A stretch of DNA of 64,000 bases from Planctomycetia bacterium (lineage in GTDB: Bacteria > Planctomycetota > Planctomycetia > Pirellulales > Thermoguttaceae): positions 1 through 64,000 of the forward strand of contig JAUNSJ010000001.1 in the NCBI GenBank assembly GCA_030539295.1, written 5' to 3'. Position numbers and translations under genes: made by a program. The notes under the pieces are model-generated. The model saw only the letters and a list, made by a program, of their open reading frames with translations. It was not told where the DNA came from and did no database searches. Positions 1-9,776 of the stretch are shown here, one piece after another (within the stretch, counting starts at the first letter, position 1; each line of letters begins with the position of its first letter).

Positions 1-257
1 TTTTTGGTGTTTCGAATTGGGGAAAATTTTAAAAAGTGGAAAAGAGTTCAAAAAAAGTTTGGCTTATAATGGTTGAGTAGAATATAACACCATATCAACA
101 ATAAGCCCTTTGCAAAAAAGACAAATATAGAGGTATTAAATGGACCGAAAAATTGGACGAGTGGAGAACTAGCGTTTTGTTAAACACCTAAACATTTGTT
201 GTAAAAAAATCCGATAAATGTGTTATAGAGATTAACCGCCTTTATAGGATAGAGATC

Positions 258-386
258 ATGAAGAAAAAGTATATTGTATCATTGAACGATGAGGAACGAG
301 TTGAATTGCGACAGATTGCAAAAGAGAATAAAGGCTCTCTGTCACGAACTATGGGTAACAGGGAGCGGAAATGGCCCCCAAAATAG
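258..386 (+). pseudogene. Short ORF (42 aa) resembling the N-terminal HTH of an IS630/Tc1-family transposase. It is truncated, so a remnant.
   Basis: Translation MKKKYIVSLNDEERVELRQIAKENKGS... matches the 'LSEEER.EL..L.' N-terminal HTH typical of IS630-family ORFs. It stops after 42 aa in an AT-rich, otherwise non-coding leader. It is not in the ORF track because it is under 60 aa. Confidence 0.3.
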
Positions 387-759
387 CAGAGTACGGCCAT
401 AAAATGAGTATATTCCATTCCGCAACCGAATACAAGGGGGTGTCTTGAAAAACGGCGAAAAAATCACAAAAATGGCGAAATAATCGAACAGATTGGATCA
501 AGGCCATACCACGGAAGACCGGCAAGGTATTGTGAGTAGTACGTGATTTGAACACAATAGGTTGCATTTGCCCGATGATTTATCAGGGTGCGTACCCAAC
601 TTGCTTGCGAGCCGGGTAGAAATAAGTTGGCACCTGCCCGACTGCTCACGGAACCCGGTTCTGTTACTAAAATGCAAAAGGGCCGGGGCGGGTATGCGTC
701 GGGCGAGTGATTCGCCCTTGGGTTGCCCTATCCGCCCTGGCTAAGTTGTTGTGGCACGA

Positions 760-2433
760 TTAGGCGTCGCTGGCGGGTGTGTCAGCCGTGTCGCTCTTTT
801 TTTCCGCCTCTTTTTGAGATTCGGCGTTCTCGAATTTGGCGAGGATTTCGGGAAGTTCGATTCCGCCAATGTCCTTCATGACCTGGAGCATAGGCGGCAG
901 TGTGCGCGACATCTGATGCAGCCAGTTGGAAGTGGCCGTGCCTTGTCCGTCAGCGTGTCCAGTGTCCCAGACAACGATTTTATCGAACTTTATATTGGAA
1001 ATTGCCTGTGCGGAGGCGGCGACGAGTTCGTCAAAATGTTCGAGCATGAGCATTTGGAAGGCTTCTTTGGCACCGCCACAGGCCTGAATAATTTCGCGGA
1101 GACCTTCACCTTTTTTGGCGAGCATTTCGAACTGTCCGCGAGCCTCGGCTTCCAATTTACAGAAGATGGCTTTGGCTTCGCCTTCGGCTTCAATACGGCG
1201 CTGCTCGGCGCGAGCTTCGGCCTCAACGATGGTGCGAGCCTTCTCCGCTTTGGCCGGGGCTTCGAGTTCGGCCCGCTGCTTGGCTTCGACTCGCTCGGCT
1301 TCGGCCAGAGCGGCTTGGGCCTGTGCCCGATGTTCCGCCTCCAAGACAGAGGCTTCCGCCTGTCGCTTGCGGGTTTCGCCGAGCTGAAACGCTTCTGCCT
1401 GTTTGACTTTAAGTTCAGCGTCGGATGTGGCAATAACGGCGCGGGAGATATTTTCGCCTTCAACGGCAGTTGCGTTGGCCTGGGCAAGCTGAATACGCAT
1501 GTCGCGTTCGGCCTGTTTGACTTCTGTCTCCTGAAGGAATCCTGCGGACTGCTCCCCGACGATCTTGACCTTTTCCAGATCGGCGAGTCGAACGGCCTGT
1601 TCCTGGTCGATTTCGGACATGCGAACGACTTTTTCACGCTCGGCTTCCCGCGTACCAATCGCCTGAACTTTAAGGGCATTGGCCACCTGAATGGCTTTGA
1701 GCTGTTCGGCTTCTGCGACGCGGGTTTCGCCCATACGTTCGTTATCGGCGACGTCGCCCCGGGCTTTTTGTATGGCTTCGGACGCTGCTTTTCGGCCTAT
1801 GGCTTCAATATACCCGGATTCGTCAGTAATATCAGTCACATTCACGTTGATTAAGACGAGTCCGATTTTGCGTAATTCCGGCTCCAGGGACATTTGTATA
1901 TTGGCGAGAAACGCTTCCCGGTCGCGGTTGATTTCCTCAATTTGCATGGAGGCGATCACCTGTCGCAACTGACCAAAAATAATATCTTCCGCCTGTTTGG
2001 AGATCTGCTGTTTGGAAAGGCCGAGCAGACGTATGGCGGCATTTTGCATAAGTTCAGGCGTGGTTCCAATGGCAATGGAGAAGACGCTGGGGACATTAAC
2101 GCGAATATTCTCCATGGAGAGGGCACCGCGTAGCGGGATTTCAATCTGCATGGGTTCCAGATTCAGATAGGCATAATCCTGCAAGAGAGGAATTATGAAT
2201 CGGGCCCCGCCGTGAATGCATTCGGCAGTCTTGCCGGACGTTCCACGACCGAAGATGACCAGGATGCGGTTGCTCGGACAGCGGCGATAGCGGGAGCTGA
2301 AAATGAGCAGCAGAACAAAGAAGATCACCACGGCCAAAATAGCCGACGTACCGACGTAAGCCTGCCAACCGGTTTTGGCGACCTCTTCCACGAGTTCCTC
2401 TTGTGCAAAGAGCCAAAAATTCGAATTCAACAT
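760..2433 (-). CDS. Flotillin / SPFH (band-7) domain membrane-scaffold protein with a long Ala/Glu-rich coiled coil.
   Basis: N-terminal TM segment (AILAVVIFFVLLLIFSSRYRRCPSN) followed by the SPFH core (RILVIFGRGTSGK...IPLLQDYAYLNLEPMQIEI) and an EA-repeat coiled coil. The ATG at 2433 is preceded by GAGGGGAG; the track's longer ORF to 2457 uses a TTG. Confidence 0.85.
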   Translation of the reverse strand: MLNSNFWLFAQEELVEEVAKTGWQAYVGTSAILAVVIFFVLLLIFSSRYRRCPSNRILVIFGRGTSGKTAECIHGGARFIIPLLQDYAYLNLEPMQIEIPLRGALSMENIRVNVPSVFSIAIGTTPELMQNAAIRLLGLSKQQISKQAEDIIFGQLRQVIASMQIEEINRDREAFLANIQMSLEPELRKIGLVLINVNVTDITDESGYIEAIGRKAASEAIQKARGDVADNERMGETRVAEAEQLKAIQVANALKVQAIGTREAEREKVVRMSEIDQEQAVRLADLEKVKIVGEQSAGFLQETEVKQAERDMRIQLAQANATAVEGENISRAVIATSDAELKVKQAEAFQLGETRKRQAEASVLEAEHRAQAQAALAEAERVEAKQRAELEAPAKAEKARTIVEAEARAEQRRIEAEGEAKAIFCKLEAEARGQFEMLAKKGEGLREIIQACGGAKEAFQMLMLEHFDELVAASAQAISNIKFDKIVVWDTGHADGQGTATSNWLHQMSRTLPPMLQVMKDIGGIELPEILAKFENAESQKEAEKKSDTADTPASDA

Positions 2434-2856
2434 TATCTCCCCTCTTTTCCTAAACAAACACCTTTTGGTGAACCATTAAAAGCACCCTGATTGCCAAAGC
2501 TCTCTTTTTTACGGGTTTAGACGGTCAAAGAGAGTGGTTAGGCGACTACATTTAACTTATTTTACCCAATTTTATTCTTGTTGTCAATAAAAATTTCAAA
2601 AAAGCGAGGTAAAAAGGGTGTCAAAATGGAAATTTTGTGGAATTCCTATTGACCGGAAATGCGTTTTGGGTTAAATTTTGACCATCTGACGTTGGAAAGT
2701 CGAAACGTCCGCAATTTCACGGGTAACCGAAGAACGAGCGAAAAGGTGGGCAAGAGAGAGCGTCCGCGCAGAATACAATGGCTGAAGAGAACGGCCCCAA
2801 GAAGAAGGCCGCAAACGTAAGCGGTGATAAACAGAGACTATAACGGAGTATTGTTA

Positions 2857-3702
2857 ATGACAATAAAATCAATCGTACTGGTGAAACAGGTGCCGGATAC
2901 GTCCAACATAACGGGCGAGGCGATGAAGGAAGACGGAACGATCAATCGAGCGGCGTTACCGACGATTTTTAATCCGGAAGATGCTCACGCGTTGGAAGCG
3001 GCATTGGACTTAAAAGATCGGTACGGAGGTACGGTCACGGTCATGACGATGGGACTGCCGAAAGCGGCGGACGTTTTGCGAGACTGTCTTTATCGAGGCG
3101 CGGACCGCGGGATTCTGCTGACAGACCGACGAGCGGCGGCAAGTGACACGTTGGCAACGAGTTACATTCTGGCACAAGCGGTTAAGACGGCAGGTGAGTT
3201 TGATTTTGTTTTCTGTGGTCGTCAGGCAATCGACGGGGATACGGCCCAGGTGGGGCCTCAATGTGCGGAAAAGCTGGGTCTTCCGCAAGTAACGTACATG
3301 GAAAAGATTGAGGAAGTCGTTGACGGTTTTGCGGTCATAAAGAGAAATATCGGGAACGGCTGGGAGCGAGTCCGTGTAAAACTTCCCACACTCGTGACGG
3401 TTGTGGAGACGGCGAACACGCCTCGTCCGTGGTCGGTCAAGAACGTTGTGCGTAATAAGCACAAGCGTGTTCCCTTGGAAGTGGGCGAAGGTGAACTGGC
3501 GCCCGGCGACCGGATTGAGCAGTGGTCGCTGGATGACGTAAGTGCGGACCTGAACCGTTGCGGACTGGCAGGCTCGCCGACGAAAGTTCATCGGATACAA
3601 TCGATTGTCCTGAAGAAGGAAGGGTTTACGGAGATTCTGGCCACGCAGGAGGGCATCAATGGTCTGATTCATGAACTTGTCCGCGATCGGACGCTAGGAT
3701 AA
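2857..3702 (+). CDS. etfB: Electron transfer flavoprotein beta subunit.
   Basis: MTIKSIVLVKQVPDTS...NPEDAHALEAALDLKDRYGG...VTVMTMG is the canonical EtfB/FixA N-terminus. The ATG at 2857 has GGAG upstream; the track ORF begins at an upstream GTG at 2824. Confidence 0.85.
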   Translation: MTIKSIVLVKQVPDTSNITGEAMKEDGTINRAALPTIFNPEDAHALEAALDLKDRYGGTVTVMTMGLPKAADVLRDCLYRGADRGILLTDRRAAASDTLATSYILAQAVKTAGEFDFVFCGRQAIDGDTAQVGPQCAEKLGLPQVTYMEKIEEVVDGFAVIKRNIGNGWERVRVKLPTLVTVVETANTPRPWSVKNVVRNKHKRVPLEVGEGELAPGDRIEQWSLDDVSADLNRCGLAGSPTKVHRIQSIVLKKEGFTEILATQEGINGLIHELVRDRTLG

Positions 3703-3790
3703 AATGAGCAAAATAAACCAGGGGCATGGCGGGTTGAAGAACCTTCAGTTTGCTTTTTTGCCTGCCCTTGTTAAGAGGAAAGAGGAAGCT

Positions 3791-4819
3791 ATGATAGAGA
3801 AGAATCCCAACGGAGAAGTCTGGGTCTTTGCGGAACAGGAAGACGGAAAACTTCAGGATGTTGTTATAGAATTGTGCGGTAAGGCACGTGACCTTGCCGA
3901 CCGACTTCAGACGAAAGTGGGCGCGGTTCTGCCGGGCCACAATGTGGAAAACGCGGCGAAAGAGCTGATTATGTGGGGAGTCGACAACGTCTATTTAATA
4001 GACGATGCCAAACTGGCGCGATTTACCAGTACGCCCTATGCGCACGTCATGACAGAAATGATCAAGAGGCATCGTCCGCAAATTGTGCTCTACGGGGCAA
4101 CGCCCTTAGGACGAGACCTGGCGCCGCGTATTGCCTCGGCCACGCGAAGTGGAATGACTGCCGACTGCACCGACTTACAGATAGACGACGTTCCAGACGC
4201 AAAGACGAAAGAGGTTTATAAAGACCTCCTGCTCCAGATACGGCCGGCGTTCGGCGGTAATATAATCGCGACAATTGTCAATCCGTTCTGGTGGCCGCAA
4301 ATGGCGACTGTGCGGGAAGGCGTAATTCCGAAGCGAGAGCCGGATATTTCGCGCCGTGGCGAGATTGTTCGTGAGATGATTCCGATCGACGATGCCATGA
4401 TGCTCGTTGAGATTATTGAGCGTCATGTACAGCCGCGGCGAGTAAATCTTAAGGGTGCGCGAATTATTGTGGCCGGGGGTGCCGGAGTTGGCAGTCGCGA
4501 CAATTTCACGAAGATCTTCGACCTGGCCGGCGCGTTAGGCGGAGCGGTCGGGGCATCCCGGGCAGCCGTCGACGGCGGTTTCGTCAGCCACGACTATCAG
4601 GTAGGACAAACCGGGACTACGGTCCGCCCTGCCCTTTACATCGCCTGTGGTATAAGCGGCGCGGTTCAACACCGGGCAGGTATGCAGGAATCTGCCAAGA
4701 TTATTGCCATTAACAGTGACCCGGACGCGCCCATCTTTTCTGTCGCTCATTATGGAATCGTTGGTGACCTGAATCAGGTGATTCCCATGATGATTAAGGC
4801 CTTCAAAAGGCGTGACTAA
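3791..4819 (+). CDS. etfA: Electron transfer flavoprotein alpha subunit.
   Basis: The C-terminal FAD-binding region (IVAGGAGVGSRDNF...ALYIACGISGAVQHRAGMQESAKIIAINSDPDAPIF) is diagnostic of EtfA/FixB. Strong RBS (GAGGAAAGAGGAAGCT) before the ATG at 3791. Confidence 0.85.
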   Translation: MIEKNPNGEVWVFAEQEDGKLQDVVIELCGKARDLADRLQTKVGAVLPGHNVENAAKELIMWGVDNVYLIDDAKLARFTSTPYAHVMTEMIKRHRPQIVLYGATPLGRDLAPRIASATRSGMTADCTDLQIDDVPDAKTKEVYKDLLLQIRPAFGGNIIATIVNPFWWPQMATVREGVIPKREPDISRRGEIVREMIPIDDAMMLVEIIERHVQPRRVNLKGARIIVAGGAGVGSRDNFTKIFDLAGALGGAVGASRAAVDGGFVSHDYQVGQTGTTVRPALYIACGISGAVQHRAGMQESAKIIAINSDPDAPIFSVAHYGIVGDLNQVIPMMIKAFKRRD

Positions 4820-4850
4820 ACGAGACTCATGATATAAAGGACCCAAACCC

Positions 4851-6584
4851 ATGCCGAATTTTTTTCAGGATAATAAGGATATACAATTTCTTTTCGACTA
4901 CTTCGATTTGAAAGAACTGGCCGAACTTCAGGAGCGTAACACGCCTAACGGTAATGCTGACTGGCTGCCCCGCGGACTCGACGATGTGGTCGATACCTAT
5001 CGGACCGTGCTGGATATTGCCGGTGGTATTGCCGGCGATACGATCGCGCCGAACTCGGAACAGGTGGACCTCGAAGGCAATACGCTGAACGAGAACCAAA
5101 CGGTAACACTGCATCCGCTGGTGCAAGAGAATCTAACAAGAATGGGCAAGGCCGACCTGCTCGGTTTTACTCTGCCGCGCAAGTACGGAGGGATCAACTG
5201 CCCGGTCCTCATCTATACAATGGCGACGGAGATGGTTGCCCGGGGCGACTGCTCTTTTATGAATATGTTCGGTCTGCAAGGGATAGCCGATACGATTTAT
5301 GCCTTTGCGTCGGAGGACATCAAGGACGAATATTTGCCGAAATTTGCCGCGGGTGAAGTGACCGGAGCGATGGTCTTAACGGAACCCGACGCCGGTAGCG
5401 ATCTTCAGGCAGTGCGTCTGCGAGCGGAGCAGGATGATTCGGGGCAGTGGCATTTAAATGGCGTCAAGCGTTTTATTACCAACGGCTGCGGCGAAGTACT
5501 TCTCGTTCTGGCGCGTAGTGAACCGTCGATTGTGGACGGTCGTGGCTTGAGTCTGTTCATAGCCGACCGTGGTCCCACAGTACGAGTGCGTCATCTGGAA
5601 TCGAAATTGGGAATTCATGGGTCGCCGACGTGCGAGCTGGTCTTTGATAATACGCCATGCCGGTTGATAGGAGAGCGTCAGCGAGGACTAATAACCTACG
5701 TTCTGGCCCTGATGAACGGCGCCCGATTGGGCGTGGCGGCGCAGGCGTTGGGCGTTGCGGAATCGGCGGCCCGGCTCGCACGCGATTACGCCGCGTCCCG
5801 AGAGCAGTTCGGGGCACCCATTGAACGTCTTGCTCCTGTGGCTGAAATGGTCGCTGATATGCAGATTATGATTGAGGCGGGTCGTGCCTTGGCTTATGAG
5901 ACGGCTCGCGTTTGCGATATTGAGAATAATTACAATCGTCTTCTCGACCGCGATAATGAGGGCCTCTCGGAGGAAGATAAGAAGGCCATGAAGCAGAAGT
6001 CGCGTGCCCTGAAAAAGCTCAACGCCATGCTCACGCCCATGAGTAAATATTATTGCGGCGAAATGAGTATAACCGTGGCGACCAATGGGATTCAGGTTCT
6101 CGGCGGAAGTGGCTATACGAAAGACTATGCGGCCGAACGCTATCTGCGAGACGCACGCATTACCACGATCTATGAAGGCACGAGCCAACTCCAAGTGGTT
6201 GCCGCCATCCGCGGTCTGACCTCTGGCGTTTTCCAGAATTACATTTCCGAATTCGAAAGTAAGAGTTATGAGGACCCGACGCTTGTGGAACTTCGCGACG
6301 TGCTCACTGGCGCGCGGGCCGAATTGGACCACGCCATTAGTACGGCCAAGGCCAACGGTGGTGCTTATATCGACCTGGTGGCCCGCAAAATCGTTGACGC
6401 CGGTATTGCCATTCTGATCGGTCACTACCTGCTCGGCCAGGCAACGAAATGCGAACGTAAGAAGAAAGTGGCTTCCTGTTTCATTCGGCGCAACCGTCCG
6501 GTGATTACCATGAACTGTCAACAGGCGGAAAGTGGGAATACACAAATTTTGGACGAGTTCGCGACCATTATCTATCGTCGTTAA
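4851..6584 (+). CDS. Acyl-CoA dehydrogenase family protein (577 aa, long form with a C-terminal extension).
   Basis: ACAD catalytic-domain motifs (GAMVLTEPDAGSDL, FITNG, GARLGVAAQALGVAESAARLARDYAASREQFG, YEGTSQLQ). It lies directly downstream of etfBA, suggesting a functional Etf/ACAD unit. Confidence 0.85.
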   Translation: MPNFFQDNKDIQFLFDYFDLKELAELQERNTPNGNADWLPRGLDDVVDTYRTVLDIAGGIAGDTIAPNSEQVDLEGNTLNENQTVTLHPLVQENLTRMGKADLLGFTLPRKYGGINCPVLIYTMATEMVARGDCSFMNMFGLQGIADTIYAFASEDIKDEYLPKFAAGEVTGAMVLTEPDAGSDLQAVRLRAEQDDSGQWHLNGVKRFITNGCGEVLLVLARSEPSIVDGRGLSLFIADRGPTVRVRHLESKLGIHGSPTCELVFDNTPCRLIGERQRGLITYVLALMNGARLGVAAQALGVAESAARLARDYAASREQFGAPIERLAPVAEMVADMQIMIEAGRALAYETARVCDIENNYNRLLDRDNEGLSEEDKKAMKQKSRALKKLNAMLTPMSKYYCGEMSITVATNGIQVLGGSGYTKDYAAERYLRDARITTIYEGTSQLQVVAAIRGLTSGVFQNYISEFESKSYEDPTLVELRDVLTGARAELDHAISTAKANGGAYIDLVARKIVDAGIAILIGHYLLGQATKCERKKKVASCFIRRNRPVITMNCQQAESGNTQILDEFATIIYRR

Positions 6585-7770
6585 CGGACCAGGCATCAGG
6601 TTCAACAGGCGACTGATTGGAGAGGGCGACGCGCTCGATTGCGACTCGCCCTCGATCAATCACACTCCAAACGGCGTGGAGGCACCAGGATTCGGTAACG
6701 TTCGGGTCAACGGCCAGGAAACGCGTCTTAAATACGAAACAGTCGGCCAACTTCTCGCAATAAAGCGGGGTATCAAGAGCCCAGAGCGACAGTAAAGCAC
6801 GTTTGAGATGCTCCTTCTTGTCGCAATCGAAACCGAGTTGCTTGAACCGAGCTGCGCACTTGGAATTCTCCGTAACTAATTGATCAAGGAAACTCTCCGG
6901 GAGCAGGAGATTTCCTTCGGCGTAATCGTCCAGAGCAGCGCGACGTTTCCAGAGCGACTGGAGTATGCGGCCGAAAAACCGCTGACGGTCGAACAGCTTT
7001 TTTCGCCCCAACAGACGTCGAAACCCGCGTGCCGGACTATAGAAAAGATTGTCGCCCGTGGAAAACCAATCGATGAGCGACGAATCTATTTCCGCCGGAA
7101 CGCAATCGGTAGGCAGAAGACACGTTATTGGCGAAACCGTTCCACTGGAAAGCGGCAGATTCAAAACTTCATTCATGCAGTAGCGGCAAACAAGCTCCAT
7201 GCCGGTAAAGGTCTCTTCGTTGCGGCTGAGAACCGGATGACATACGGAACCAACGGCCAGTACACCCCGGATTCGCGGGGAAACAGTCGCGTCGGCGATT
7301 ATGGCCGGCAGCCGACGCATGAACCGTTCCGGATAGCCGTCAACGTCATAGCCGAAATCCTCGAACAAGGCACGAAATTTTCGATAGTCCTGCTCCGAAG
7401 ACACCGCCTGAAAGCGTTCGAAGCACCAGTCGAGCACTTCGTCACCCAGCAGGGCATAAAGCCGTCGCGGAAGATGATACTTCAGCAGTCGCAAATCATC
7501 CTCTTCCAGCACAATGCGATCAAGAAAATCAGTAACCTCGTCAAGAGAGGAATTTTGTAAAGGATTCTCTGCCATAAAGTTCCGCATGCCTCCATTGCCA
7601 CGCACAGGCAACGTATCCGCCAACTCCCGTGCCGGTAAAATTTTTTGTCTTTCACCCCTGTCCCACGTCCACAGCCCTATTGTACCACGAAAACTGCCAA
7701 GAGACAAGAGAGTATCTCCTGGAGACATGCAGAGGGGATACGACATATTTCGGAAGGTTCTAAAAATCAC
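6568..7770 (-). CDS. Hypothetical protein (400 aa), no recognisable family.
   Basis: Longest ORF in this stretch. It is convergent with the ACAD gene, with a 17-nt overlap at the 3' ends. No motif recognised. Confidence 0.45.
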   Translation of the reverse strand: MIFRTFRNMSYPLCMSPGDTLLSLGSFRGTIGLWTWDRGERQKILPARELADTLPVRGNGGMRNFMAENPLQNSSLDEVTDFLDRIVLEEDDLRLLKYHLPRRLYALLGDEVLDWCFERFQAVSSEQDYRKFRALFEDFGYDVDGYPERFMRRLPAIIADATVSPRIRGVLAVGSVCHPVLSRNEETFTGMELVCRYCMNEVLNLPLSSGTVSPITCLLPTDCVPAEIDSSLIDWFSTGDNLFYSPARGFRRLLGRKKLFDRQRFFGRILQSLWKRRAALDDYAEGNLLLPESFLDQLVTENSKCAARFKQLGFDCDKKEHLKRALLSLWALDTPLYCEKLADCFVFKTRFLAVDPNVTESWCLHAVWSVIDRGRVAIERVALSNQSPVEPDAWSVNDDR

Positions 7771-8024
7771 CAGAAAAGTAAATCTACAAAATAATATTCG
7801 TATTTAAGTCGACTTATTGTATTCTTATAATACACTAGCAAAAAAGACAAGTTACCACTAAGCCGGGGTCACCAGGAGCCGAAAAACGTGCGGCCACCTG
7901 ACAAAAGGGCGCGTTTACAAAAAAAGGCACAATAAATTTCCTCGGGACCGCGGTAGAACGAAAAGAGTATTGACTTAGGCTCGCCGAGTCCGTTACACTA
8001 CAGTTTTTCTTGTATTTACAGAAA

Positions 8025-8168
8025 GAATTTTCGCAAAAAACATTCACAAATGAATGGCTGATGATTGACATGCGATTATCGGTAGAGTAAAATGGAGGTA
8101 TGAAAACTATGCGTTGTAACCGAAACACTTATTTTACCCGGCTCCGGTCGCTCGGGGGATTCCCTGCT
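8025..8168 (+). repeat. Copy 1 of a ~143-bp direct repeat carrying promoter, RBS and the first ~23 codons of an ORF.
   Basis: Near-identical to 9633..9776, with a few mismatches. Contains TTGACA (8065-8070), a 17-nt spacer, TAAAAT (8088-8093), GGAGG, then ATG. Confidence 0.85.
8065..8093 (+). promoter_or_regulatory. Sigma70-like promoter (TTGACA-N17-TAAAAT) inside repeat copy 1.
   Basis: Read directly: ttgaca tgcgattatcggtagag taaaat, followed by ggagg and ATG. Confidence 0.55.
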
Positions 8169-8438
8169 TACAGGCGACAAAACAGCTATGTAGTCTGTAT
8201 TCAGCACAGTTACGACAACGCCGTCAGTCACACGTATCGAAACGACCCCGCCGTAGCCTGCCGCAGCCAGGTTTTCGACAAATACGACACCTGCGACGAT
8301 CGCTGTAACGTCATTATGCAATTAAATTCCATAATTTCCGTGTTGCGACAAATCTGTTGCGTGCCAGACTACAGACATAGTACTATGATCGGTAAGGGCC
8401 GCGACCAAATTATGACATGGCGCAAAGGATGGAGATGA
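8100..8438 (+). CDS. Small protein (112 aa). Its N-terminus MKTMRCNRNTYFTRLRSLG is shared with the ORF at 9708.
   Basis: Starts inside repeat copy 1 and diverges after about 23 aa. Possibly a degenerate toxin-tip paralog. Confidence 0.4.
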   Translation: MKTMRCNRNTYFTRLRSLGGFPAYRRQNSYVVCIQHSYDNAVSHTYRNDPAVACRSQVFDKYDTCDDRCNVIMQLNSIISVLRQICCVPDYRHSTMIGKGRDQIMTWRKGWR

Positions 8439-9517
8439 ATATGTCAAAGAGACCAGTGGTTACACTAGTACTGCTATTTATAATTTCCTCGATCACCATA
8501 GGGTTACTATGCCATTTGTACTCATGGAAAAACAGTGGGGGTACCGTTTCGCTTGTTATACCAAATCTTTCAGAGGAGCATGAATATCAAAAACAAAAAA
8601 AACTTTTGTCGCTTCTTGGCGAGAATAATTCTCAAATTCAGAATTCCTGTTTAAACCAAACGGAATTGTCCGACAAAGAGTATGTTAAACTTCTGGACCA
8701 GACTGTCAGTGAATTTCTCGATATTACAGGGAAAATTGAGAAGCCGTTGTTTTTCGGATTTCAAGAAGATGTTTCCAGATTATCGAATAAGACTGTCGTT
8801 GAGAATGCCCGGCGGTTGCGATGCCTGTACTACGAGGCGGAAACCTTAATTTTAACGTGTATCGCTGCGAAACAGTGTAATCTGGCATGCAATGTTCTTG
8901 ACTCTCTCTTTCATTTAAACGAACAGATTGAAGTCTGTGACTGGCATTCTCTTTGTATTCTCTGTGAAACTTCGGAAACACTTTTAAAGCTGACAAAACA
9001 GGTATCGTTGGACATGACCTTGGAACAAACCGTTGTTCTTGAGGAAAATATAAAATCCTTGCAAATATTACTTTCCAAATCGTTCGGATTTTTTATCCTT
9101 TCTGAAAGAACGAAATGTCTTTGTTACGTATCAGGTATGACCAGTAGCGCGACAAGACACCTTGCCGAAACACATAAAGATTCATTCATTTCCGAAATGA
9201 AAATACTGTTACAGTGGATTAATAGCCGGTTGAAGGATTCAAATTCCGTATTTCTATTAAGTAACTTTAAACCATGTTATTCTCAAGAGGAGACACGCGA
9301 GTACTTTTTGTCGCGTGCCATGCAATTATCTCCAGAAGAATGCTTTTTATCTTCAAGATATCACCTATATAAAATCGATACAATGTACTATCGCTGCATG
9401 AATATTATTGAAGAATGCATGCTCTATACCAATAACTCTCCCTTGTTTTTTAAGAGTGTTGATAAGATGCATGAAAACCAAGAATCAGAAACAGAGCAAC
9501 TCTCTGGCAACAGGTAA
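8417..9517 (+). CDS. Hypothetical Cys-rich protein with an N-terminal TM anchor (366 aa). Candidate immunity or partner protein.
   Basis: Sits in the AT-rich island. N-terminal hydrophobic segment VVTLVLLFIISSITIGLL; the probable start is the Met at 8444. No known domain. Confidence 0.45.
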   Translation: MAQRMEMNMSKRPVVTLVLLFIISSITIGLLCHLYSWKNSGGTVSLVIPNLSEEHEYQKQKKLLSLLGENNSQIQNSCLNQTELSDKEYVKLLDQTVSEFLDITGKIEKPLFFGFQEDVSRLSNKTVVENARRLRCLYYEAETLILTCIAAKQCNLACNVLDSLFHLNEQIEVCDWHSLCILCETSETLLKLTKQVSLDMTLEQTVVLEENIKSLQILLSKSFGFFILSERTKCLCYVSGMTSSATRHLAETHKDSFISEMKILLQWINSRLKDSNSVFLLSNFKPCYSQEETREYFLSRAMQLSPEECFLSSRYHLYKIDTMYYRCMNIIEECMLYTNNSPLFFKSVDKMHENQESETEQLSGNR

Positions 9518-9632
9518 TGTACTTTGAAAAGCGGCACGACAAATAAGCAGTCTTGGTGGCAATTCGAACAACAATTTAGGGTAAACACGTACCGCATCAA
9601 GTCAATCAAAGTCCTCTTGATGTTTTTGTCAG

Positions 9633-9776
9633 GAATTTTCGCAAAAAACTTTCACAAATTGACGATTTATGATTGACATGCGATTATCGGTAGAGTAAAA
9701 TGGAGGTATGAAAATTATGCGTTGTAACCGAAACACTTATTTTACCCGGCTCCGGTCGCTCGGGAGATTCCCTGCT
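9633..9776 (+). repeat. Copy 2 of the ~143-bp promoter/leader repeat.
   Basis: Near-identical to 8025..8168. TTGACA (9673-9678), 17-nt spacer, TAAAAT (9696-9701), GGAGG, ATG at 9708. Confidence 0.85.
9673..9701 (+). promoter_or_regulatory. Sigma70-like promoter (TTGACA-N17-TAAAAT) inside repeat copy 2.
   Basis: Same sequence as copy 1. Confidence 0.55.

Noticed and set aside
600-745. GC-rich stretch with a GGGCGAATCACTCGCCC hairpin downstream of the flotillin gene as a terminator.
   Set aside because: No adjacent T/U run on the relevant strand. It cannot be supported as an intrinsic terminator.
990-1679. 229-aa minus ORF and a 90-aa plus ORF inside the flotillin gene.
   Set aside because: Alternative frames of the Ala/Glu-rich coiled-coil codon repeats. 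The flotillin frame has SPFH motifs.
2824-2856. Upstream GTG/ATG extensions of etfB (2824), etfA (3704) and flotillin (2457).
   Set aside because: Internal ATGs with good Shine-Dalgarno sequences (2857, 3791, 2433) coincide with the conserved N-termini of the protein families.
6880-7560. 226-aa plus-strand ORF.
   Set aside because: Overlaps the longer 400-aa minus-strand ORF, which was chosen. Neither has recognisable motifs, so this call is low-confidence.
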